Positions 15,001 to 30,055 are shown, numbered from the stretch's first letter. The stretch is 64,000 nucleotides of DNA from Auanema rhodensis (GCA_964057225.1 OZ059894.1:19778001-19842000), one strand, 5' to 3'. Notes: generated by a model not told the origin, from the sequence alone. Program-made: numbers and translations.

Positions 15001-18000
15001 TTGAAAAATGATGCATTAGTGTATGTTGAGTTTCCATGTACACTCAACATTGCTTCCAAAAACATTTTGACAAAAAATTTTTCGAAAAATTTCAAAATAA
15101 TTTAGCAAAAAGTAGATGTTTTTAGATTTCTTTTTTCAAGGCAAAGACGATGGACAATGTTATTCAACGAAAAAATTAATTCTTCAGGGTGAAAATCGAG
15201 GATATAAGTGTGAACTTATATCAGTTGATATCTCGGTGCATTTTTAAGCTAGCGCAAATCTGATAACACAGAACGACGCAGCTTAAAAATTCGCATCGAA
15301 TGCACTATACTACATTGAAAAACGCTTAATACAAAAATTAGTTATGATCGTTTGAAAAATGATGCATTAGTGTATGTTGAGTTTCCATGTACACTCAACA
15401 TTGCTTCCAAAAACATTTTGACAAAAATTTTTTCGAAAAATTTCAGAATAATTTAGCAAAAAGTAGATGTTTTTAGATTCCATTTCTCAAGGCAAAGACG
15501 ATGGACAATGTTATTCAACGAAAAAATTAATTCTTCAGGGTGAAAATCGAGAATATAAGTGTGAACTTATATCAGTTGATATCTCGGTGCATTTTTAAGC
15601 TAGCGCAAATCTGATAACACAGAACGACGCAGCTTAAAAATCCGCATCGAATGCACTATACTACATTGAGAAACGCTTAATACAAAAATTAGTTATGATC
15701 GTTTGAAAAATGATGCATTAGTGTATGTTGAGTTTCCATGTACACTCAACATTGCTTCCAAAAACATTTTGACAAAAATTTTTTCGAAAAATTTCAAAAT
15801 AATTTAGCAAAAAGTAGATGTTTTTAGATTCCTTTTTTCAAGGCAAAGACGATGGACAATGTTATTCAACGAAAAAATTAATTCTTCAGGGTGAAAATCG
15901 AGGATATAAGTGTGAACTTATATCAGTTGATATCTCGGTGCATTTTTAAGCTAGCGCAAATCTGATAACACAGATCGACGCAGCTTAAAAATCCGCATCG
16001 AATGCACTATACTACATTGAGAAACGCTTAATACAAAAATTAGTTATGATCGTTTGAAAAATGATGCATTAGTGTATGTTGAGTTTCCATGTACACTCAA
16101 CATTGCTTCCAAAAACATTTTGACAAAAATTTTTTCGAAAAATTTCAAAATAATTTAGCAAAAAGTAGATGTTTTTAGATTCCATTTTTTAAGGCAAAGA
16201 CGATGGACAATGTTATTCAACGAAAAAATTAATTCTTCAGGGTGAAAATCGAGGATATAAGTGTGAACTTATATCAGTTGATATCTCGGTGCATTTTTAA
16301 GCTAGCGCAAATCTGATAACACAGAACGACGCAGCTTAAAAATCCGCATCGAATGCACTATACTACATTGAGAAACGCTTAATACAAAAATTAGTTATGA
16401 TCGTTTGAAAAATGATGCATTAGTGTATGTTGAGTTTCCATGTACACTCAACATTGCTTCCAAAAACATTTTGACAAAAATTTTTTCGAAAAATTTCAAA
16501 ATAATTTAGCAAAAAGTAGATGTTTTTAGATTCCTTTTTTCAAGGCAAAGACGATGGACAATGTTATTCAACGAAAAAATTAATTCTTCAGGGTGAAAAT
16601 CGAGGATATAAGTGTGAACTTATATCAGTTGATATCTCGGTGCATTTTCAAGCTAGCGCAAATCTGATAACACAGATCGACGCAGCTTAAAAATCCGCAT
16701 CGAATGCACTATACTACATTGAGAAACGCTTAATACAAAAATTAGTTATGATCGTTTGAAAAATGATGCATTAGTGTATGTTGAGTTTCCATGTACACTC
16801 AACATTGCTTCCAAAAACATTTTGACAAAAATTTTTTCGAAAAATTTCGAAATAATTTAGCAAAAAGTAGATGTTTTTAGATTCCATTTTTCAAGGCAAA
16901 GACGATGGACAATGTTATTCAACGAAAAAATTAATTCTTCAGGGTGAAAATCGAGGATATAAGTGTGAACTTATATCAGTTGATATCTCGGTGCATTTTT
17001 AAGCTAGCGCAAATCTGATAACACAGAACGACGCAGCTTAAAAATCCGCATCGAATGCACTATACTACATTGAGAAACGCTTAATACAAAAATTAGTTAT
17101 GATCGTTTGAAAAATGATGCATTAGTGTATGTTGAGTTTCCATGTACACTCAACATTGCTTCCAAAAACATTTTGACAAAAAATTTTTCGAAAAATTTCA
17201 AAATAATTTAGCAAAAAGTAGATGTTTTTAGATTTCTTTTTTCAAGGCAAAGACGATGGACAATGTTATTCAACGAAAAAATTAATTCTTCAGGGTGAAA
17301 ATCGAGGATATAAGTGTGAACTTATATCAGTTGATATCTCGGTGCATTTTTAAGCTAGCGCAAATCTGATAACACAGAACGACGCAGCTTAAAAATTCGC
17401 ATCGAATGCACTATACTACATTGAAAAACGCTTAATACAAAAATTAGTTATGATCGTTTGAAAAATGATGCATTAGTGTATGTTGAGTTTCCATGTACAC
17501 TCAACATTGCTTCCAAAAACATTTTGACAAAAATTTTTTCGAAAAATTTCAGAATAATTTAGCAAAAAGTAGATGTTTTTAGATTCCATTTTTCAAGGCA
17601 AAGACGATGGACAATGTTATTCAACGAAAAAATTAATTCTTCAGGGTGAAAATCGAGAATATAAGTGTGAACTTATATCAGTTGATATCTCGGTGCATTT
17701 TTAAGCTAGCGCAAATCTGATAACACAGAACGACGCAGCTTAAAAATCCGCATCGAATGCACTATACTACATTGAGAAACGCTTAATACAAAAATTAGTT
17801 ATGATCGTTTGAAAAATGATGCATTAGTGTATGTTGAGTTTCCATGTACACTCAACATTGCTTCCAAAAACATTTTGACAAAAATTTTTTCGAAAAATTT
17901 CAGAATAATTTAGCAAAAAGTAGATGTTTTTAGATTCCATTTTTCAAGGCAAAGACGATGGACAATGTTATTCAACGAAAAAATTAATTCTTCAGGGTGA

Positions 18001-21000
18001 AAATCGAGGATATAAGTGTGAACTTATATCAGTTGATATCTCGGTGCATTTTCAAGCTAGCGCAAATCTGATAACACAGATCGACGCAGCTTAAAAATCC
18101 GCATCGAATGCACTATACTACATTGAGAAACGCTTAATACAAAAATTAGTTATGATCGTTTGAAAAATGATGCGTTAGTGTATGTTGAGTTTCCATGTAC
18201 ACTCAACATTGCTTCCAAAAACATTTTGACAAAAATTTTTTCGAAAAATTTCGAGATAATTTAGCAAAAAGTAGATGTTTTTAGATTCCATTTTTCATGG
18301 CAAAGACGATGGACAATGTTATTCAACGAAAAAATTAATTCTTCAGGGTGAAAATCGAGGATATAAGTGTGAACTTATATCAGTTGATATCTCGGTGCAT
18401 TTTTAAGCTAGCGCAAATCTGATAACACAGATCGACGCAGCTTAAAAATCCGCATCGAATGCACTATACTACATTGAGAAACGCTTAATACAAAAATAAG
18501 TTATGATCGTTTGAAAAATGATGCATTAGTGTATGTTGAGTTTCCATGTACACTCAACATTGCTTCCAAAAACATTTTGACAAAAATTTTTTCGAAAAAT
18601 TTCAGAATAATTTAGCAAAAAGTAGATGTTTTTAGATTCCATTTTTCAAGGCAAAGACGATGAACAATGTTATTCAACGAAAAAATTAATTCTTCAGGGT
18701 GAAAATCGAGGATATAAGTGTGAACTTATATCAGTTGATATCTCGGTGCATTTTTAAGCTAGCGCAAATCTGATAACACAGATCGACGCAGCTTAAAAAT
18801 CCGCATCGAATGCACTATACTACATTGAGAAACGCTTAATACAAAAATTAGTTATGATCGTTTGAAAAATGATGCATTAGTGTATGTTGAGTTTCCATGT
18901 ACACTCAACATTGCTTCCAAAAACATTTTGACAAAAATTTTTTCGAAAAATTTCAAAATAATTTAGCAAAAAGTAGATGTTTTTAGATTCCATTTTTTAA
19001 GGCAAAGACGATGGACAATGTTATTCAACGAAAAAATTAATTCTTCAGGGTGAAAATCGAGGATATAAGTGTGAACTTATATCAGTTGATATCTCGGTGC
19101 ATTTTTAAGCTAGCGCAAATCTGATAACACAGAACGACGCAGCTTAAAAATCCGCATCGAATGCACTATACTACATTGAGAAACGCTTAATACAAAAATT
19201 AGTTATGATCGTTTGAAAAATGATGCATTAGTGTATGTTGAGTTTCCATGTACACTCAACATTGCTTCCAAAAACATTTTGACAAAAATTTTTTCGAAAA
19301 ATTTCAAAATAATTTAGCAAAAAGTAGATGTTTTTAGATTCCTTTTTTCAAGGCAAAGACGATGGACAATGTTATTCAACGAAAAAATTAATTCTTCAGG
19401 GTGAAAATCGAGGATATAAGTGTGAACTTATATCAGTTGATATCTCGGTGCATTTTCAAGCTAGCGCAAATCTGATAACACAGATCGACGCAGCTTAAAA
19501 ATCCGCATCGAATGCACTATACTACATTGAGAAACGCTTAATACAAAAATTAGTTATGATCGTTTGAAAAATGATGCATTAGTGTATGTTGAGTTTCCAT
19601 GTACACTCAACATTGCTTCCAAAAACATTTTGACAAAAATTTTTTCGAAAAATTTCGAAATAATTTAGCAAAAAGTAGATGTTTTTAGATTCCATTTTTC
19701 AAGGCAAAGACGATGGACAATGTTATTCAACGAAAAAATTAATTCTTCAGGGTGAAAATCGAGGATATAAGTGTGAACTTATATCAGTTGATATCTCGGT
19801 GCATTTTTAAGCTAGCGCAAATCTGATAACACAGAACGACGCAGCTTAAAAATCCGCATCGAATGCACTATACTACATTGAGAAACGCTTAATACAAAAA
19901 TTAGTTATGATCGTTTGAAAAATGATGCATTAGTGTATGTTGAGTTTCCATGTACACTCAACATTGCTTCCAAAAACATTTTGACAAAAAATTTTTCGAA
20001 AAATTTCAAAATAATTTAGCAAAAAGTAGATGTTTTTAGATTCCTTTTTTCAAGGCAAAGACGATGGACAATGTTATTCAACGAAAAAATTAATTCTTCA
20101 GGGTGAAAATCGAGGATATAAGTGTGAACTTATATCAGTTGATATCTCGGTGCATTTTTAAGCTAGCGCAAATCTGATAACACAGAACGACGCAGCTTAA
20201 AAATTCGCATCGAATGCACTATACTACATTGAAAAACGCTTAATACAAAAATTAGTTATGATCGTTTGAAAAATGATGCATTAGTGTATGTTGAGTTTCC
20301 ATGTACACTCAACATTGCTTCCAAAAACATTTTGACAAAAATTTTTTCGAAAAATTTCAGAATAATTTAGCAAAAAGTAGATGTTTTTAGATTCCATTTT
20401 TCAAGGCAAAGACGATGGACAATGTTATTCAACGAAAAAATTAATTCTTCAGGGTGAAAATCGAGAATATAAGTGTGAACTTATATCAGTTGATATCTCG
20501 GTGCATTTTTAAGCTAGCGCAAATCTGATAACACAGAACGACGCAGCTCAAAAATCCGCATCGAATGCACTATACTACATTGAGAAACGCTTAATACAAA
20601 AATTAGTTATGATCGTTTGAAAAATGATGCATTAGTGTATGTTGAGTTTCCATGTACACTCAACATTGCTTCCAAAAACATTTTGACAAAAATTTTTTCG
20701 AAAAATTTCAGAATAATTTAGCAAAAAGTAGATGTTTTTAGATTCCATTTTTCAAGGCAAAGACGATGGACAATGTTATTCAACGAAAAAATTAATTCTT
20801 CAGGGTGAAAATCGAGGATATAAGTGTGAACTTATATCAGTTGATATCTCGGTGCATTTTCAAGCTAGCGCAAATCTGATAACACAGATCGACGCAGCTT
20901 AAAAATCCGCATCGAATGCACTATACTACATTGAGAAACGCTTAATACAAAAATTAGTTATGATCGTTTGAAAAATGATGCGTTAGTGTATGTTGAGTTT

Positions 21001-24000
21001 CCATGTACACTCAACATTGCTTCCAAAAACATTTTGACAAAAATTTTTTCGAAAAATTTCGAAATAATTTAGCAAAAAGTAGATGTTTTTAGATTCCATT
21101 TTTCATGGCAAAGACGATGGACAATGTTATTCAACGAAAAAATTAATTCTTCAGGGTGAAAATCGAGGATATAAGTGTGAACTTATATCAGTTGATATCT
21201 CGGTGCATTTTTAAGCTAGCGCAAATCTGATAACACAGATCGACGCAGCTTAAAAATCCGCATCGAATGCACTATACTACATTGAGAAACGCTTAATACA
21301 AAAATAAGTTATGATCGTTTGAAAAATGATGCATTAGTGTATGTTGAGTTTCCATGTACACTCAACATTGCTTCCAAAAACATTTTGACAAAAATTTTTT
21401 CGAAAAATTTCAGAATAATTTAGCAAAAAGTAGATGTTTTTAGATTCCATTTTTCAAGGCAAAGACGATGAACAATGTTATTCAACGAAAAAATTAATTC
21501 TTCAGGGTGAAAATCGAGGATATAAGTGTGAACTTATATCAGTTGATATCTCGGTGCATTTTTAAGCTAGCGCAAATCTGATAACACAGAACGACGCAGC
21601 TTAAAAATTCGCATCGAATGCACTATACTACATTGAGAAACGCTTAATACAAAAATTAGTTATGATCGTTTGAAAAATGATGCATTAGTGTATGTTGAGT
21701 TTCCATGTACACTCAACATTGCTTCCAAAAACATTTTGACAAAAATTTTTTCGAAAAATTTCAGAATAATTTAGCAAAAAGTAGATGTTTTTAGATTCCA
21801 TTTTTCAAGGCAAAGACGATGAACAATGTTATTCAACGAAAAAATTAATTCTTCAGGGTGAAAATCGAGGATATAAGTGTGAACTTATATCAGTTGATAT
21901 CTCGGTGCATTTTTAAGCTAGCGCAAATCTGATAACACAGAACGACGCAGCTTAAAAATTCGCATCGAATGCACTATACTACATTGAGAAACGCTTAATA
22001 CAAAAATTAGTTATGATCGTTTGAAAAATGATGCATTAGTGTATGTTGAGTTTCCATGTACACTCAACATTGCTTCCAAAAACATTTTGACAAAAATTTT
22101 TTCGAAAAATTTCAAAATAATTTAGCAAAAAGTAGATGTTTTTAGATTCCTTTTTTCAAGGCAAAGACGATGGACAATGTTATTCAACGAAAAATATAAT
22201 TCTTCAGGGTGAAAATCGAGGATATAAGTGTGAACTTATATCAGTTGATATCTCGGTGCATTTTTAAGCTAGCGCAAATCTGATAACACAGATCGACGCA
22301 GCTTAAAAATCCGCATCGAATGCACTATACTACATTGAGAAACGCTTAATACAAAAATTAGTTATGATCGTTTGAAAAATGATGCATTAGTGTATGTTGA
22401 GTTTCCATGTACACTCAACATTGCTTCCAAAAACATTTTGACAAAAATTTTTTCAAAAATTTCGAAATAATTTAGCAAAAAGTAGATGTTTTTAGATTCC
22501 ATTTTTCAAGGCAAAGACGATGGACAATGTTATTCAACGAAAAAATTAATTCTTCAGGGTGAAAATCGAGGATATAAGTGTGAACTTATATCAGTTGATA
22601 TCTCGGTGCATTTTTAAGCTAGCGCAAATCTGATAACACAGATCGACGCAGCTTAAAAATCCGCATCGAATGCACTATACTACATTGAGAAACGCTTAAT
22701 ACAAAAATTAGTTATGATCGTTTGAAAAATGATGCATTAGTGTATGTTGAGTTTCCATGTACACTCAACATTGCTTCCAAAAACATTTTGACAAAAATTT
22801 TTTCGAAAAATTTCGAAATAATTTAGCAAAAAGTAGATGTTTTTAGATTCCATTTTTCAAGGCAAAGACGATGGACAATGTTATTCAACGAAAAAATTAA
22901 TTCTTCAGGGTGAAAATCGAGGATATAAGTGTGAACTTATATCAGTTGAGATCTCGGTGCATTTTTAAGCTAGCGCGAATCTGATAACACAGATCGACGC
23001 AGCTTAAAAATTCGCATCGAATGCACTATACTACATTGAGAAACGCTTAATACAAAAATTAGTTATGATCGTTTGAAAAATGATGCATTAGTGTATGTTG
23101 AGTTTCCATGTACACTCAACATTGCTTCCAAAAACATTTTGACAAAAATTTTTTCGAAAAATTTCGAAATAATTTAGCAAAAAGTAGATGTTTTTAGATT
23201 CCATTTTTCAAGGCAAAGACGATGGACAATGTTATTCAACGAAAAAATTAATTCTTCAGGGTGAAAATCGAGGATATAAGTGTGAACTTATATCAGTTGA
23301 GATCTCGGTGCATTTTTAAGCTAGCGCAAATCTGATAACACAGAACGACGCAGCTTAAAAATTCGCATCGAATGCACTATACTACATTGAGAAACGCTTA
23401 ATACAAAAATTAGTTATGATCGTTTGAAAAATGATGCATTAGTGTATGTTGAGTTTCCATGTACACTCAACATTGCTTCCAAAAACATTTTGACAAAAAT
23501 TTTTTCGAAAAATTTCAGAATAATTTAGCAAAAAGTAGATGTTTTTAGATTCCATTTTTTAAGGCAAAGACGATGGACAATGTTATTCAACGAAAAAATT
23601 AATTCTTCAGGGTGAAAATCGAGGATATAAGTGTGAACTTATATCAGTTGAGATCTCGGTGCATTTTTAAGCTAGCGCAAATCTGATAACACAGAACGAC
23701 GCAGCTTAAAAATCCGCATCGAATGCACTATACTACATTGAGAAACGCTTAATACAAAATTTAGTTATGATCGTTTGAAAAATGATGCATTAGTGTATGT
23801 TGAGTTTCCATGTACACTCAACATTGCTTCCAAAAACATTTTGACAAAAATTTTTTCGAAAAATTTCAGAATAATTTAGCAAAAAGTAGATGTTTTTAGA
23901 TTCCTTTTTTCAAGGCAAAGACGATGGACAATGTTATTCAACGAAAAAATTAATTCTTCAGGGTGAAAATCGAGGATATAAGTGTGAACTTATATCAGTT

Positions 24001-27000
24001 GATATCTCGGTGCATTTTTAAGCTAGCGCAAATCTGATAACACAGAACGACGCAGCTTAAAAATCCGCATCGAATGCACTATACTACATTGAGAAACGCT
24101 TAATACAAAAATTAGTTATGATCGTTTGAAAAATGATGCATTAGTGTATGTTGAGTTTCCATGTACACTCAACATTGCTTCCAAAAACATTTTGACAAAA
24201 ATTTTTTCGAAAAATTTCAGAATAATTTAGCAAAAAGTAGATGTTTTTAGATTCCATTTTTCAAGGCAAAGACGATGGACAATGTTATTCAACGAAAAAA
24301 TTAATTCTTCAGGGTGAAAATCGAGGATATATGTGTGAACTTATATCAGTTGATATCTCGGTGCATTTTTAAGCTAGCGCAAATCTGATAACACAGATCG
24401 ACGCAGCTTAAAAATCCGCATCGAATGCACTATACTACATTGAGAAACGCTTAATACAAAAATTAGTTATGATCGTTTGAAAAATGATGCGTTAGTGTAT
24501 GTTGAGTTTCCATGTACACTCAACATTGCTTCCAAAAACATTTTGACAAAAATTTTTTCGAAAAATTTCAGAATAATTTAGCAAAAAGTAGATGTTTTTA
24601 GATTCCATTTTTTAAGGCAAAGACGATGGACAATGTTATTCAACGAAAAAATTAATTCTTCAGGGTGAAAATCGAGGATATAAGTGTGAACTTATATCAG
24701 TTGATATCTCGGTGCATTTTTAAGCTAGCGCAAATCTGATAACACAGAACGACGCAGCTTAAAAATCCGCATCGAATGCACTATACTACATTGAGAAACG
24801 CTTAATACAAAAATTAGTTATGATCGTTTGAAAAATGATGCATTAGTGTATGTTGAGTTTCCATGTACACTCAACATTGCTTCCAAAAACATTTTGACAA
24901 AAATTTTTTCGAAAAATTTCAAAATAATTTAGCAAAAAGTAGATGTTTTTAGATTCCTTTTTTCAAGGCAAAGACGATGGACAATGTTATTCAACGAAAA
25001 AATTAATTCTTCAGGGTGAAAATCGAGGATATAAGTGTGAACTTATATCAGTTGATATCTCGGTGCATTTTTCAGCTAGCGCAAATCTGATAACACAGAT
25101 CGACGCAGCTTAAAAATCCGCATCGAATGCACTATACTACATTGAGAAACGCTTAATACAAAAATTAGTTATGATCGTTTGAAAAATGATGCATTAGTGT
25201 ATGTTGAGTTTCCATGTACACTCAACATTGCTTCCAAAAACATTTTGACAAAAATTTTTTCGAAAAATTTCAGAATAATTTAGCAAAAAGTAGATGTTTT
25301 TAGATTCCATTTTTCAAGGCAAAGACGATGAACAATGTTATTCAACGAAAAAATTAATTCTTCAGGGTGAAAATCGAGGATATAAGTGTGAACTTATATC
25401 AGTTGATATCTCGGTGCATTTTTAAGCTAGCGCAAATCTGATAACACAGAACGACGCAGCTTAAAAATTCGCATCGAATGCACTATACTACATTGAGAAA
25501 CGCTTAATACAAAAATTAGTTATGATCGTTTGAAAAATGATGCATTAGTGTATGTTGAGTTTCCATGTACACTCAACATTGCTTCCAAAAACATTTTGAC
25601 AAAAATTTTTTCGAAAAATTTCAGAATAATTTAGCAAAAAGTAGATGTTTTTAGATTCCATTTTTCAAGGCAAAGACGATGAACAATGTTATTCAACGAA
25701 AAAATTAATTCTTCAGGGTGAAAATCGAGGATATAAGTGTGAACTTATATCAGTTGATATCTCGGTGCATTTTTAAGCTAGCGCAAATCTGATAACACAG
25801 AACGACGCAGCTTAAAAATTCGCATCGAATGCACTATACTACATTGAGAAACGCTTAATACAAAAATTAGTTATGATCGTTTGAAAAATGATGCATTAGT
25901 GTATGTTGAGTTTCCATGTACACTCAACATTGCTTCCAAAAACATTTTGACAAAAATTTTTTCGAAAAATTTCAAAATAATTTAGCAAAAAGTAGATGTT
26001 TTTAGATTCCTTTTTTCAAGGCAAAGACGATGGACAATGTTATTCAACGAAAAATATAATTCTTCAGGGTGAAAATCGAGGATATAAGTGTGAACTTATA
26101 TCAGTTGATATCTCGGTGCATTTTTAAGCTAGCGCAAATCTGATAACACAGATCGACGCAGCTTAAAAATCCGCATCGAATGCACTATACTACATTGAGA
26201 AACGCTTAATACAAAAATTAGTTATGATCGTTTGAAAAATGATGCATTAGTGTATGTTGAGTTTCCATGTACACTCAACATTGCTTCCAAAAACATTTTG
26301 ACAAAAATTTTTTCAAAAATTTCGAAATAATTTAGCAAAAAGTAGATGTTTTTAGATTCCATTTTTCAAGGCAAAGACGATGGACAATGTTATTCAACGA
26401 AAAAATTAATTCTTCAGGGTGAAAATCGAGGATATAAGTGTGAACTTATATCAGTTGATATCTCGGTGCATTTTTAAGCTAGCGCAAATCTGATAACACA
26501 GATCGACGCAGCTTAAAAATCCGCATCGAATGCACTATACTACATTGAGAAACGCTTAATACAAAAATTAGTTATGATCGTTTGAAAAATGATGCATTAG
26601 TGTATGTTGAGTTTCCATGTACACTCAACATTGCTTCCAAAAACATTTTGACAAAAATTTTTTCGAAAAATTTCGAAATAATTTAGCAAAAAGTAGATGT
26701 TTTTAGATTCCATTTTTCAAGGCAAAGACGATGGACAATGTTATTCAACGAAAAAATTAATTCTTCAGGGTGAAAATCGAGGATATAAGTGTGAACTTAT
26801 ATCAGTTGAGATCTCGGTGCATTTTTAAGCTAGCGCAAATCTGATAACACAGAACGACGCAGCTTAAAAATTCGCATCGAATGCACTATACTACATTGAG
26901 AAACGCTTAATACAAAAATTAGTTATGATCGTTTGAAAAATGATGCATTAGTGTATGTTGAGTTTCCATGTACACTCAACATTGCTTCCAAAAACATTTT

Positions 27001-29772
27001 GACAAAAATTTTTTCGAAAAATTTCAGAATAATTTAGCAAAAAGTAGATGTTTTTAGATTCCATTTTTTAAGGCAAAGACGATGGACAATGTTATTCAAC
27101 GAAAAAATTAATTCTTCAGGGTGAAAATCGAGGATATAAGTGTGAACTTATATCAGTTGAGATCTCGGTGCATTTTTAAGCTAGCGCAAATCTGATAACA
27201 CAGAACGACGCAGCTTAAAAATCCGCATCGAATGCACTATACTACATTGAGAAACGCTTAATACAAAATTTAGTTATGATCGTTTGAAAAATGATGCATT
27301 AGTGTATGTTGAGTTTCCATGTACACTCAACATTGCTTCCAAAAACATTTTGACAAAAATTTTTTCGAAAAATTTCAGAATAATTTAGCAAAAAGTAGAT
27401 GTTTTTAGATTCCTTTTTTCAAGGCAAAGACGATGGACAATGTTATTCAACGAAAAAATTAATTCTTCAGGGTGAAAATCGAGGATATAAGTGTGAACTT
27501 ATATCAGTTGATATCTCGGTGCATTTTTAAGCTAGCGCAAATCTGATAACACAGAACGACGCAGCTTAAAAATCCGCATCGAATGCACTATACTACATTG
27601 AGAAACGCTTAATACAAAAATTAGTTATGATCGTTTGAAAAATGATGCATTAGTGTATGTTGAGTTTCCATGTACACTCAACATTGCTTCCAAAAACATT
27701 TTGACAAAAATTTTTTCGAAAAATTTCAGAATAATTTAGCAAAAAGTAGATGTTTTTAGATTCCATTTTTCAAGGCAAAGACGATGGACAATGTTATTCA
27801 ACGAAAAAATTAATTCTTCAGGGTGAAAATCGAGGATATATGTGTGAACTTATATCAGTTGATATCTCGGTGCATTTTTAAGCTAGCGCAAATCTGATAA
27901 CACAGATCGACGCAGCTTAAAAATCCGCATCGAATGCACTATACTACATTGAGAAACGCTTAATACAAAAATTAGTTATGATCGTTTGAAAAATGATGCG
28001 TTAGTGTATGTTGAGTTTCCATGTACACTCAACATTGCTTCCAAAAACATTTTGACAAAAATTTTTTCGAAAAATTTCAAAATAATTTAGCAAAAAGTAG
28101 ATGCTTTTAGATTCCATTTTTTAAGGCAAAGACGATGGACAATGTTATTCAACGAAAAAATTAATTCTTCAGGGTGAAAATCGAGGATATAAGTGTGAAC
28201 TTATATCAGTTGATATCTCGGTGCATTTTTAAGCTAGCGCAAATCTGATAACACAGAACGACGCAGCTTAAAAATCCGCATCGAATGCACTATACTACAT
28301 TGAGAAACGCTTAATACAAAAATTAGTTATGATCGTTTGAAAAATGATGCATTAGTGTATGTTGAGTTTCCATGTACACTCAACATTGCTTCCAAAAACA
28401 TTTTGACAAAAATTTTTTCGAAAAATTTCAAAATAATTTAGCAAAAAGTAGATGTTTTTAGATTCCTTTTTTCAAGGCAAAGACGATGGACAATGTTATT
28501 CAACGAAAAAATTAATTCTTCAGGGTGAAAATCGAGGATATAAGTGTGAACTTATATCAGTTGATATCTCGGTGCATTTTTAAGCTAGCGCAAATCTGAT
28601 AACACAGATCGACGCAGCTTAAAAATCCGCATCGAATGCACTATACTACATTGAGAAACGCTTAATACAAAAATTAGTTATGATCGTTTGAAAAATGATG
28701 CATTAGTGTATGTTGAGTTTCCATGTACACTCAACATTGCTTCCAAAAACATTTTGACAAAAATTTTTTCGAAAAATTTCGAAATAATTTAGCAAAAAGT
28801 AGATGTTTTTAGATTCCATTTTTCAAGGCAAAGACGATGGACAATGTTATTCAACGAAAAAATTAATTCTTCAGGGTGAAAATCGAGGATATAAGTGTGA
28901 ACTTATATCAGTTGATATCTCGGTGCATTTTTAAGCTAGCGCAAATCTGATAACACAGAACGACGCAGCTTAAAAATCCGCATCGAATGCACTATACTAC
29001 ATTGAGAAACGCTTAATACAAAAATTAGTTATGATCGTTTGAAAAATGATGCATTAGTGTATGTTGAGTTTCCATGTACACTCAACATTGCTTCCAAAAA
29101 CATTTTGACAAAAAATTTTTCGAAAAATTTCAAAATAATTTAGCAAAAAGTAGATGTTTTTAGATTCCTTTTTTCAAGGCAAAGACGATGGACAATGTTA
29201 TTCAACGAAAAAATTAATTCTTCAGGGTGAAAATCGAGGATATAAGTGTGAACTTATATCAGTTGATATCTCGGTGCATTTTTAAGCTAGCGCAAATCTG
29301 ATAACACAGAACGACGCAGCTTAAAAATTCGCATCGAATGCACTATACTACATTGAAAAACGTTTAATACAAAAATTAGTTATGATCGTTTGAAAAATGA
29401 TGCATTAGTGTATGTTGAGTTTCCATGTACACTCAACATTGCTTCCAAAAACATTTTGACAAAAATTTTTTCGAAAAATTTCGAAATAATTTAGCAAAAA
29501 GTAGATGTTTTTAGATTCCTTTTTTCAAGGCAAAGACGATGGACAATGTTATTCAACGAAAAAATTAATTCTTCAGGGTGAAAATCGAGGATATAAGTGT
29601 GAACTTATATCAGTTGATATCTCGGTGCATTTTTAAGCTAGCGCAAATCTGATAACACAGAACGACGCAGCTTAAAAATTCGCATCGAATGCACTATACT
29701 ACATTGAGAAACGCTTAATACAAAAATTAGTTATGATCGTTTGAAAAATGATGCATTAGTGTATGTTGAGTT
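1..29772. repeat. Tandem satellite DNA array, 351-bp monomer, left arm (about 84.8 copies; runs off the window start)
   Basis: The monomer start (A/G)(A/G)AATAATTTAGCAAAAAGTAG recurs at 1, 352, 703 ... 7021, 14041, 21061 (exactly 351 x n). Only two 1-bp deletions (about 22455 and 26315) shift the phase. Monomers differ at a few recurrent SNP positions. Confidence 0.99.
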
Positions 29773-30055
29773 TGTTTCGTATATATACGAAAGAATAAGT
29801 AATAAATCATCAAATTAAGTAAAACATAAGAAAATTGGTTTTAAATAGAAAATAAGTAGATTCATTTTAAAATATATTCCTGCTGTGAGCGGTCGTATAC
29901 AGTTTACGTCATATTTACGTGAACTGACGTACGCCAAATGCTTCACTTTTAAATCAGTTCACATTGTTGACTCATAGCGCGTAGTCGCATTTATTATTAA
30001 CTGTTTCACCATTATAAATTGAATAAATCATTATTTTTATATTCTGTATCTTTTC
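29773..30055 (+). repeat. 5' LTR (283 bp shared with the 3' copy; the true end may extend to about 30061-30063)
   Basis: TGTTTCGTATATATACGAAAG...CTGTATCTTTTC matches 36330-36612 except C29879 vs T36436. It is followed by GGAATATAATTT and then the PBS. Confidence 0.95.

Noticed and set aside
1-29772. CRISPR array or coding tandem repeat (351 is divisible by 3)
   Set aside because: There are no unique spacers or cas genes, and the ORF track shows no ORF in the array.
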